Shown here: positions 1-6,753 of the stretch, one piece after another
How the letters are laid out: the number at the start of each line of letters is the position of its first letter
Position numbering within the stretch: position 1 is the first letter of the stretch
From: Thermococcus kodakarensis KOD1
GTDB taxonomy: Archaea; Methanobacteriota_B; Thermococci; Thermococcales; Thermococcaceae
Direction: 5' to 3'
Assembly: GCF_000009965.1 (NCBI RefSeq)
Contig: NC_006624.1
Span: forward strand, 420,001-452,000
Length of the DNA: 32,000 nt
Translations under genes and position numbers: made by a program
Notes under the pieces: generated by a model
Databases searched by the model: none
Seen by the model: only the letters and a program-made list of their open reading frames with translations
What the model was told of the DNA's origin: nothing

Positions 1-569
1 TTGTCGCCCACGCAATAAACTACGTCCGCGAGCACAACGCCAAGGAGCTCGATATACTCAACTTTGAACTTGAGGAACCCAAACTTCCCTTCCCGCGCGT
101 GAGCTACGATAAGGCCCTTGAAATCCTCGGGGACCTTGGAAAGGAGATTCCCTGGGGAGAGGACATAGACACTGAAGGGGAGAGGCTTCTCGGAAAGTAC
201 ATGATGGAGAACGAGAACGCTCCGCTCTACTTCCTCTACCAGTACCCGAGCGAAGCAAAGCCGTTCTATATAATGAAGTATGATAACAAGCCCGAGATAT
301 GCAGAGCCTTCGACCTCGAGTACAGAGGAGTTGAGATAAGCTCCGGCGGCCAGAGGGAGCACAGGCACGACATCCTTGTTGAGCAGATCAAGGAGAAGGG
401 CCTCAACCCAGAAAGCTTTGAATTCTACCTTAAGGCCTTCCGCTACGGCATGCCGCCCCACGGTGGCTTTGGACTCGGCGCCGAGAGGCTGATAAAACAG
501 ATGCTCGACCTTCCGAACATCAGGGAGGTCATCCTGTTCCCGAGGGACAGGAGGAGGCTGACACCGTAA
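1..569 (+). CDS. aspS: Aspartyl-tRNA synthetase, C-terminal part (5' end lies outside the window)
   Basis: Frame 3 is open from nt 3. The translation ...PFYIMKYDNKPEICRAFDLEYRGVEISSGGQREH...GMPPHGGFGLGAERL...FPRDRRRLTP shows class II aaRS motifs 2 and 3 typical of archaeal AspRS. Confidence 0.9.
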   Translation, partial: VAHAINYVREHNAKELDILNFELEEPKLPFPRVSYDKALEILGDLGKEIPWGEDIDTEGERLLGKYMMENENAPLYFLYQYPSEAKPFYIMKYDNKPEICRAFDLEYRGVEISSGGQREHRHDILVEQIKEKGLNPESFEFYLKAFRYGMPPHGGFGLGAERLIKQMLDLPNIREVILFPRDRRRLTP

Positions 570-632
570 GGCCTTTATACTTTTCACCATTTAAACTGAT
601 AGCCAGCAACATAAACCTGCGGAGGTTGGAAA

Positions 633-2726
633 ATGAGGAAACTCCTGGCTTTAATTTTGGGGATTGTTTTAATGGTTTCAGGTGGAATTACGTCTAATAA
701 GGGCATTGTCCGCGCTGAAGAAACTAATTATGCAACCGTTGGGCCGTCCGTTCAGCTTAATCTAGGAGATTCTGTAACCCTTGGTGAGTACACTATCAAG
801 TTCTCGGACATCAGCGTTGATTATAGCCAGGTTTCTCTGACGATTCAGGGGCCGACAGGGGCACCTTCAACTATAATAGTTCCCGAGGGCTCTAACGCGT
901 ACTATCCCAACAGCAAGAACCCCAAGCTAGTATTTGGAGCGGCTGTATGGACCAAAGACAAAAAGCCGCTCCTGTACCTTGACATAAAGTCCCCACTCAA
1001 AAAGGTAAACGGCGACCCGTTGATACTTTCCGCAGGAAAGAGCTACACCCTCCCAGTGGGTACAATAAAAGTCTATAAAGTCACTTCCACAGAGGTAACT
1101 TTCACGATTTACCTCCCGAACAATCCATCTAAGAGCATCACCCTCAAGGAAGGTGAAAGTGGGGGAGTTGCCTACGCATTCCCGAACACGGACTTCAAGT
1201 ACTACGACTTCGTCTATGTTGAGCTCCTTGACATTACACCTGGAAAATCAGCGAAGTTCAACGTCTACATGCCGGCAGTTCCCGCTACAAAGATATCAGT
1301 GAGCCGCGCGGGGGGCTCGAGCTCAAGCTCGGGCTCGGGAACATCAACAACCCAAACCCTCATATCCCTGTACGATGGTCTCCTCTACACGAACGAAAAG
1401 CTGACCATCACCCAGAACAAGACCAAGTACGAGCTACAGCTCGTTTCGGCCGTCTCCACGAAGGCCAGTATAAAGGTCTACAAGGACGGCAAGGCACTAG
1501 ACACTTACATAATCAGCATAGGTGCCATTAAGGACATCCCAAACACTCCCCTGAAAGTTTTGATATCGAAATCTGAACCGCAGTATGGAAGGGTGTCCCT
1601 AACGGTATATGGCCCGGAGGACGCAAAGGCGACGCCGATTCTTAGGCCGGCAACCATAGTGGCCTCGATAGACACCGTTCCAAAGACCGTCATGGTTGGA
1701 CAGGACATGGTTATCATAGTAACGGTCGAGAACAAAGGCAAAGGCGATGCCTACGATGTTAACGTCGCAGCCCCAGTTCCGAACGGCTTCAAACTCGTTA
1801 GCTCAGTCAAGAGCTGGACGTTTAAGAGCTTTCCTGCATTCACAAAGATGCCCGCTTTAATATACGTTCTCCAGCCCACAAAGGTCGGAAAGTTCGATAT
1901 TGGAAGGGTGATGGTAACCTACTACGATGATCAGAGCCTTGAAACTGGCAAGCAGAAGACCATATACTCCCAGCCCCTCAGCGGCATCATCGTGTACGGA
2001 CTACCTGAGATAAAGGTCTCTGCGGTTGCCTCGAACGGTACTCATGAGGGCAACTACGTTCACACAGAGGCAGGCAAAAAGGTTCTCCTGAAGTTCAACG
2101 TAAGCGCCTCTGAGGGAGACCCCAACTACGAGTTCATAAAGAACGCGACGCTCCAGTTAGTATTCCCTGAGGGCATCAGCGGTGAAGCCGTTATTCCAGT
2201 CGGCGACCTTAAGGCAGGTTCATCAAAGCTCATACAGGCTTCCGTCACTGTTACGGAAAACGGCACCTTCCCGATTGGAGCAGAACTCGTTTACCAGGAC
2301 CCGCTTGGTCGGGAACACCGGCTTGAAATCGGCAACGTAGTGCTGATTGACAGCATCCCACCGACGATCATTACAAAAGAGGTTAAGATCAAACTATGGC
2401 CGACCCCTGAGGAGCTTCCAGAATACATAAACAAGACACTCGCCAGCATGAACAACGCAACCCCACTAGCGGAGCAGATTCTCAACGTTTCCAAGGCATA
2501 CCTACCACCTGAAGAGAAGAAAGGCAACCCGTGGAAACCTGCGGCAATAGTATTCCTGCTCGTTGCGCTCGTGGCAGGCGCTCTAGCAATCAATTACTGG
2601 AACGAGGCCAACAGACTCAAGGAGCAGCTGATGAAGAAGAAGCAGAGACGCCCAGGAGGACTTCCAAAGAAGGAAGAAGAGACCGAGGAGGATATCTCCA
2701 AATCTGAGGAGAAAAAAGTTATCTGA
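633..2726 (+). CDS. Secreted, C-terminally membrane-anchored surface protein (S-layer-like, with a CARDB-like beta domain)
   Basis: 697-aa ORF preceded by GGAGGT. N-terminal signal peptide MRKLLALILGIVLMVSGG. VENKGKGDAYDVNV motif resembles CARDB. C-terminal TM helix AAIVFLLVALVAGALAINYW is followed by a Lys/Glu-rich tail. A T-rich terminator follows the stop. Confidence 0.7.
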   Translation: MRKLLALILGIVLMVSGGITSNKGIVRAEETNYATVGPSVQLNLGDSVTLGEYTIKFSDISVDYSQVSLTIQGPTGAPSTIIVPEGSNAYYPNSKNPKLVFGAAVWTKDKKPLLYLDIKSPLKKVNGDPLILSAGKSYTLPVGTIKVYKVTSTEVTFTIYLPNNPSKSITLKEGESGGVAYAFPNTDFKYYDFVYVELLDITPGKSAKFNVYMPAVPATKISVSRAGGSSSSSGSGTSTTQTLISLYDGLLYTNEKLTITQNKTKYELQLVSAVSTKASIKVYKDGKALDTYIISIGAIKDIPNTPLKVLISKSEPQYGRVSLTVYGPEDAKATPILRPATIVASIDTVPKTVMVGQDMVIIVTVENKGKGDAYDVNVAAPVPNGFKLVSSVKSWTFKSFPAFTKMPALIYVLQPTKVGKFDIGRVMVTYYDDQSLETGKQKTIYSQPLSGIIVYGLPEIKVSAVASNGTHEGNYVHTEAGKKVLLKFNVSASEGDPNYEFIKNATLQLVFPEGISGEAVIPVGDLKAGSSKLIQASVTVTENGTFPIGAELVYQDPLGREHRLEIGNVVLIDSIPPTIITKEVKIKLWPTPEELPEYINKTLASMNNATPLAEQILNVSKAYLPPEEKKGNPWKPAAIVFLLVALVAGALAINYWNEANRLKEQLMKKKQRRPGGLPKKEEETEEDISKSEEKKVI

Positions 2727-2793
2727 GCTTTTTCCATTGTTTCTTTTCTTACTTCATGCCAAGTTCATTCTTCTGAAGGGCATTTAACCCCTG

Positions 2794-2842
2794 TTGATCT
2801 CCTTCCCGCCGTAAACGGCGAGGCTTTCAAAGAAAAAAGTAA
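2794..2842 (-). mobile_element. 45-nt single-hairpin IS200/IS605 derivative (2794-2838) plus its abutting TTAC (2839-2842)
   Basis: The minus strand reads TTAC|TTTTTTCTTTGAAAG-CCTCGCCG-TTTA-CGGCGGG-AAGGAGATCAA. The 5' half is nearly identical to the LE of the IS at 6341-6376. The 3' tail AGGAGATCAA matches the RE tail AGGAGGTCAG at 4922-4931. Confidence 0.5.
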
Positions 2843-2882
2843 CGATCAAAATAAAACCAAAAGCAAAAAAGAAGCTCGACGA

Positions 2883-4037
2883 TCACTCGCTCAAAAACTC
2901 GAAGGCCAGGGCAACTTCCATTGCCGTTCCAATGTAGAGGACATCCTCATCCACGTCGAACTTCGGGTGGTGGTGAGGATAAATGATTCCCTTCTCCTCG
3001 TTTCGGATTCCGAGGGCAAGGAAAGCCCCGGGAACTTTCTGAAGATAGAAGGCAAAGTCCTCTGCGCCCATTGTTGGTCTAACCTCACCGTACTTCAGGC
3101 CATACTTCTCGGCAACTTTTCTGGCAAAATCAGCCATCTCTTTGGTGTTTATAGTTGGGGGTGTCAGCTCCTCTATGCTGAGCTCATACCTTGCTCTATG
3201 GGCCTTTGTTATACCATCGAGGATTTCTCTCATCCTCATCTGGATTAGTTCCCCAACTTCGGGCTTGAAAAAGCGGAAGGTCCCCTTGAACTCAACCTCC
3301 TCAGGGATGACGTTGAAGGCTGTCCCGCCGTGGACTGAGGTGACGCTGACAACACCAGTTTCAATTGGCTCGATGTTTCTGCTGACTATCGTCTGGAAAG
3401 CGAGAACGGTCTCGGCAGCAATTGGGATTGGATCAACTGTCTCGTGCGGAGAAGCCCCATGGCCTCCCTTGCCAATAATCTTTCCGTTGAATATGCCAGC
3501 CCCGGCAAGAAAAGGCCCGTCTCTGATACCGATAATACCGCTCGGCAAATCCATCCAAACGTGGAAGCCGAAGATAGCGTCCACTCCCTCCAAGGCGCCG
3601 CCTTCAATCATTTTAACCGCGCCGTTTCCACCTTCTTCAGCTGGCTGGAAGATAAGTCTGACCCGACCCTTCAGCTCATCTCTGTGTTCTGCTATTATCT
3701 TCGCCGCTCCGAGTAGCATAGCGGTGTGGGCGTCGTGACCGCAGGCGTGCATCTTTCCTGGAACTTTTGACTTGTAGGGAACCTCGTTCTCCTCCTGGAT
3801 GGGCAGGGCGTCCATGTCCGCCCTGAGGGCTATCGTTTTTTCACCTTCGCCAATGTCCGCTATTATTCCAGTCCCAACACGCTTTATTGAGTACCCCCAC
3901 TCGCGCAGGTGCTCCTCGACTATCCTGGAAGTTCTCTCCTCTTCGTACCCAAGTTCCGGGTGCATGTGGAAGTCCCTACGCCAGGATACGATCAGACTCC
4001 CTATCCTCTTCGCCTCGGAAACTGGGTCAAAGTTCAT
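2883..4037 (-). CDS. Peptidase M20D family amidohydrolase / carboxypeptidase (N-acyl-amino-acid amidohydrolase-like)
   Basis: Motifs RADMDALP, HACGHDAH, QPAEEGGNGA and GKGGHGASPH are typical of M20 aminoacylase/carboxypeptidase. I prefer the ATG at 4037 (GGTGAG just upstream) over the TTG at 4076. A strong oligo-T terminator follows the stop. Confidence 0.85.
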   Translation of the reverse strand: MNFDPVSEAKRIGSLIVSWRRDFHMHPELGYEEERTSRIVEEHLREWGYSIKRVGTGIIADIGEGEKTIALRADMDALPIQEENEVPYKSKVPGKMHACGHDAHTAMLLGAAKIIAEHRDELKGRVRLIFQPAEEGGNGAVKMIEGGALEGVDAIFGFHVWMDLPSGIIGIRDGPFLAGAGIFNGKIIGKGGHGASPHETVDPIPIAAETVLAFQTIVSRNIEPIETGVVSVTSVHGGTAFNVIPEEVEFKGTFRFFKPEVGELIQMRMREILDGITKAHRARYELSIEELTPPTINTKEMADFARKVAEKYGLKYGEVRPTMGAEDFAFYLQKVPGAFLALGIRNEEKGIIYPHHHPKFDVDEDVLYIGTAMEVALAFEFLSE

Positions 4038-4101
4038 GGTCTCACCGAGAGTATTTGCAATAAAGGACGATATCAACTTTTTGATTCACATCTGGGCGAA
4101 C

Positions 4102-4116
4102 CGTAAAATTTATAAA
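4102..4116 (+). promoter_or_regulatory. BRE/TATA promoter for the tRNA-Ala/tRNA-Val transcription unit
   Basis: CGTAAAA-TTTATAAA lies about 40 nt upstream of mature tRNA-Ala. That spacing fits a short leader removed by RNase P. Confidence 0.55.
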
Positions 4117-4152
4117 CCCACCCAGATAGGTGATTACGGCGTCGATGGAAGT

Positions 4153-4230
<78 letters not shown>

Positions 4231-4240
4231 TCCTTGGGTT

Positions 4241-4318
4241 GGGCCCGTGGTCTAGACTGGTTATGACGCCACCCTGACAAGGTGGAGGTCCGGGGTTCGA
4301 ATCCCCGCGGGCCCACCA
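4241..4318 (+). tRNA. tRNA-Val (anticodon GAC), CCA encoded
   Basis: Manual cloverleaf: acceptor GGGCCCG/CGGGCCC, anticodon arm CCACC-CTGACAA-GGTGG, T arm CGGGG-TTCGAAT-CCCCG, 3' ACCA. It starts 10 nt after tRNA-Ala. Confidence 0.93.
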
Positions 4319-4387
4319 CAACAGCCCTTTCTTGCGAAAGCGCTGGCGGAAGAGGAGTATGCGCTTTTAAGCAGGCTTATTTTATGG

Positions 4388-4501
4388 GGGTTTACTTTCA
4401 ATTGGCCAATTCAAAGGATTTTTCTCACCGTATAGTGCCCGAAGAGCGCTAAAAAAGAAAGTTCGAAATCACAATTACCAAGAGATTTTGAAAGTAAACC
4501 C
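4388..4501. repeat. Perfect 14-bp inverted repeat GGGTTTACTTTCAA / TTGAAAGTAAACCC flanking an 86-bp spacer
   Basis: The arms at 4388-4401 and 4488-4501 are exact reverse complements. The left arm runs into a 22-nt near-palindrome CTTTcAATTGGCCAATTcAAAG (4395-4416). Confidence 0.8.
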
Positions 4502-4531
4502 GCGTGAAGTTGCTTTCTGGTAGGGCATACA

Positions 4532-4639
4532 CTCTTTGACAGGAAAGTCAAAAGAAAGGGAGCACTTTTGGTCAAGCTTTTTCCAAAAGCTTCCTGCACG
4601 ACGTTGAAGCGGAGCTTCAACGCACGGAACGATAGTTCC
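4532..4639. other. Run of four consecutive perfect short-loop hairpins (candidate structured RNA or ssDNA element)
   Basis: The four hairpins are TTTGAC-AGGAAA-GTCAAA (4535-4552), AAGCTTTT-TCC-AAAAGCTT (4574-4592), CGTTGAAGC-GGA-GCTTCAACG (4602-4622) and GGAAC-GATA-GTTCC (4626-4639). There is no convincing ORF here. Confidence 0.5.
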
Positions 4640-4760
4640 ATTGAGTTTGATCAAGGCTCGCGGTTCCTTTTGAACTTGCCTTTTGAGACACCAGCAGAAT
4701 GTCTTTTTGGACTATTAAGCCCCCTATCCCCGACTATTTTATCATGCAGGCCACAAAAGG

Positions 4761-4774
4761 TTTAATAAAATATA
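4761..4774 (+). promoter_or_regulatory. TATA-box promoter of the interrupted membrane-protein gene
   Basis: TTTAATAAAATATA is centred about 30 nt upstream of the ATG at 4799. That is the geometry of a leaderless archaeal mRNA. Confidence 0.45.
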
Positions 4775-4798
4775 TCTCTGCGCTCCATAATTGAAGTC

Positions 4799-4942
4799 AT
4801 GAGAGCCCAGGGGGGTGAGTGCTTGGATTGGAGAGACTTCTTAATGTCACTAGACGATGGTATCAAAATAGTGTTCTCTGAGACGGGGTTGCTAGTAAGC
4901 AGTTTATTTTTTAGCGTTATTCTGACCTCCTCCCCGCCGTGA
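4799..4942 (+). pseudogene. 5' fragment of a small membrane-protein gene interrupted by the IS
   Basis: The ORF MRAQGGECLDWRDFLMSLDDGIKIVFSETGLLVSSLFFSVI runs into the IS at 4921|4922, then reads 6 IS-derived codons and stops inside the RE hairpin. It is too short to appear in the supplied track. Confidence 0.5.
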
Positions 4943-5100
4943 ACGGCGAGGGTTCCAACGAGTCAACCCCTTGCCAATGACGGAGAGGTTTGAGGGGTCT
5001 CATTGAACCCAACTTTCAGCCAGGTTTTCAACCCCTCTGGCTCGGGCCTTGAGCCAGTTACCCCTCCCTTGGGCATACAAACCGCCCAAGTTCGGGGTTA
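4902..5100 (-). ncRNA. Predicted TnpB omega (re)RNA: scaffold overlapping the tnpB 3' end and RE, plus a flank-derived guide
   Basis: The position follows the TnpB paradigm. Minus-strand helices are CTGGCTC/GAGCCAG (5037-5057), GAGGGGT/ACCCCTC (4992-4998 with 5031-5037, spanning the stop codon) and the RE hairpin (4932-4951). The putative guide is AATAACGCTAAAAAATAAAC (4921 down to 4902). The 5' end is not determined. Confidence 0.4.
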
Positions 5101-6376
5101 TGGTTTTGACAGCCTTCTTCAAGATGTTGAAAGCTCCAACTAAGTCGGCGTTGAAAATAAGCCCCGTTGCGGGACACTTAAACAATCCTCTAACAAAGCG
5201 AGCCCCTTCGTGAGGCTTCCCGCAAACGGGACAAGTCCTCGAAGTGAAAGCCTCATCAACCACCAAAACCTGAATACCATACTCTTCGGCGACTTCCTTG
5301 AGCCGTTTTATCACTGTGTTAAACCGCCAAACGTGAGAGAGAAGGTAATTTTGCTTTCTACCCTTGTTCGAGTTCCTCGCTATTCCCTTCGGATAACCGA
5401 CCACAATTCTGGAAACTCCGCGGTGATAAAGCTTCTCAACGGTTTGTCTCACCGCCGTGTTAATGTAGTGCTTCGCCTGAAGCTTGGCCTTCTGGTGCAT
5501 TCTTGCGAGTTTCTTGCTACTTTTAGCACCGCTTTTGTTAAGTTTGGACTGATACTCGGCAATCCTCTTCTGCCAGTAGAAATCAATGCTCTTGAGCGGT
5601 CTTCCATTGACTAAGAAGCTTTCACCATTCTCCACATAAACGGCCATTAAGTTGTTCACTCCCAAGTCAATTCCAGCGGAGAGGTTGCCCAAGGGTTGCC
5701 TTGGGAGTTCAACCCACTCACCATTGATTAGTTTCTCTTCCACCGTGTATGAAATATGAGCATACCACTTCCGCCTTATTGGGTTGTAAGTTATTTCTAA
5801 CCGCCCTTGCTTGCCCTTCAAGTGAATTCTCCCCTCGAACTGGACTTCTAAGCGTTTAAACTTCCCAAGGCCTTTTAGGATTAACTTGTTCCCTTCAATT
5901 CTGTATTGGTCTTTTCTTAGAACGATTAAGCCTCTCTCCTTGATGTAGTTTGGAGGTTTGGGTTTGAACCATTTTGGTAGTTCTCCGTTCCGTTTGTTCC
6001 TGATGAGTGAGAAGAATGAACGCCAGCTTTCGGCGTTCTTTCTCGCTATTTGCTGGACTGTTGCCGAGCCTATCTCAGCCTTAAACTCTTCATAAACTAT
6101 TTTCTCGGTTTTGTTAAAGTCTATTGGTTTGCCGTCAAAGAATTCTTGTCTCCTCAGATAGTTCACTTTGTTCCAAACTTTTGAACTGATTAGAGCTAAC
6201 TCTTTGAGGATTTTCTCTTGGGCTTTTGAAGGTTGTAGCTTAATGGTTACTGAACGCTTCATTTCAAAGCATGGTATGTTTTTTAGGCTTTAAAATAGTT
6301 TTGCTTTCCTGCTCTCAGGCTGGTCTTTCGATTACTGCATCCCCGCCCTGAAGGGCGAGGCTTTCAAAAGAAAAAA
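4922..6376 (-). mobile_element. IS200/IS605-family element, TnpB-only (IS1341-like group), 1455 bp, no tnpA
   Basis: Subterminal hairpins at 6341-6360 (LE) and 4932-4951 (RE) have 8-bp stems and a TTCA loop on the minus strand. TTAC abuts the LE at 6377-6380. The RE tail is AGGAGGTCAG. Removing 4922-6376 restores an in-frame ORF. Confidence 0.75.
5000..6262 (-). CDS. tnpB: TnpB (IS605 OrfB-type RNA-guided RuvC nuclease)
   Basis: 420 aa. RuvC-I GIDLGVNN, RuvC-II VVVDEAFTS, RuvC-III FNADLVGAFNILKK. Zinc-finger region CPVCGKPH...KCPATG. N-terminal region is typical of OrfB_IS605. TATA TATTTTAAAG sits about 30 nt upstream. Confidence 0.9.
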   Translation of the reverse strand: MKRSVTIKLQPSKAQEKILKELALISSKVWNKVNYLRRQEFFDGKPIDFNKTEKIVYEEFKAEIGSATVQQIARKNAESWRSFFSLIRNKRNGELPKWFKPKPPNYIKERGLIVLRKDQYRIEGNKLILKGLGKFKRLEVQFEGRIHLKGKQGRLEITYNPIRRKWYAHISYTVEEKLINGEWVELPRQPLGNLSAGIDLGVNNLMAVYVENGESFLVNGRPLKSIDFYWQKRIAEYQSKLNKSGAKSSKKLARMHQKAKLQAKHYINTAVRQTVEKLYHRGVSRIVVGYPKGIARNSNKGRKQNYLLSHVWRFNTVIKRLKEVAEEYGIQVLVVDEAFTSRTCPVCGKPHEGARFVRGLFKCPATGLIFNADLVGAFNILKKAVKTITPNLGGLYAQGRGNWLKARARGVENLAESWVQ

Positions 6377-6379
6377 GTA

Positions 6380-6718
6380 ATGCTGTGGCGTAACAAGGAT
6401 ATTAACTGGATTATATCCTATTGGTCCGTTATTCTAACTACAGTGGGCTTTTTCGTTGGGCTGTTTATTGTTCTCCACAGTGTACGGAACTCGTACGAGC
6501 ATGCCCGCAACGTAGTCTTAAGGGGAATAAAAAGCATATCAGGACTGCTGCTGGTGACATCAATGATAATAATACTAGGTCCCCTCTCATTAAGGACATT
6601 TATAATAACACTAGGCCCCATTAAAATAGGGGGTATAATTTTATCAATACTGGCCCTTGGTTTAATATCAGTTCCGTTTTACAGAGTATTTAAGAATCAA
6701 AATACAGGCGATTCATAA
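6380..6718 (+). CDS. Small 3-TM membrane protein; probably the 3' fragment of the IS-interrupted gene
   Basis: 112-aa hydrophobic ORF in markedly AT-rich DNA. Its ATG overlaps the TTAC target (6377-6380), and its frame is continuous with ORF 4799-4921 once the IS is removed. Confidence 0.55.
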   Translation: MLWRNKDINWIISYWSVILTTVGFFVGLFIVLHSVRNSYEHARNVVLRGIKSISGLLLVTSMIIILGPLSLRTFIITLGPIKIGGIILSILALGLISVPFYRVFKNQNTGDS

Positions 6719-6753
6719 AAAATCTTTTAACTTCCTTCCCAATCTCCCCTCCG

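Noticed and set aside
4388-4501. Miniature or degenerate CRISPR array
   Set aside because: There are only two repeat-like units and they are in inverted orientation. The 7 nt following each unit are identical (TAAACCC), so they are part of an inverted repeat rather than spacers. No cas genes or leader occur in the window. I kept it only as a 'crRNA-tag-like' curiosity within the finding on 4319-4760.
4411-4765. Track ORFs 4411-4641 (-) and 4568-4765 (+) as protein genes
   Set aside because: There is no SD or promoter context. The composition is dictated by the hairpin and palindrome sequences they run across. The two ORFs overlap each other and have no recognisable motifs.
4319-4798. C/D-box or H/ACA sRNA genes in the non-coding block, and at the CUGAUGA at 20548
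   Set aside because: No RUGAUGA box occurs on either strand of 4319-4798. At 20548 the required D' box (CUGA) is absent at the correct 12-nt spacing, and there is no terminal D box partner.
6426-6439. CGTTATTCTAAC is an 11/12 match to the RE junction CGTTATT|CTGAC at 4915-4926, so it might be a second IS end, a target duplication or a near-cognate TnpB target
   Set aside because: IS200/IS605 elements do not make target duplications. The match spans flank plus IS end rather than either alone. On the minus strand it is preceded by CTGTAGTTAG, not TTAC. The seed match to the predicted guide is only 7 nt. It is most likely chance or an internal 'SVILT' codon repeat of the membrane gene.
4319-6753. 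Direct repeat of the tRNA-Val 3' end (att site) that would delimit an integrated element
   Set aside because: By eye I found only 8-10 nt similarities (ATCCCCGC at 6339-6346 and GTTCGAAATC at 4461-4470). These are too short to call an attachment site. No integrase gene or fragment is visible.
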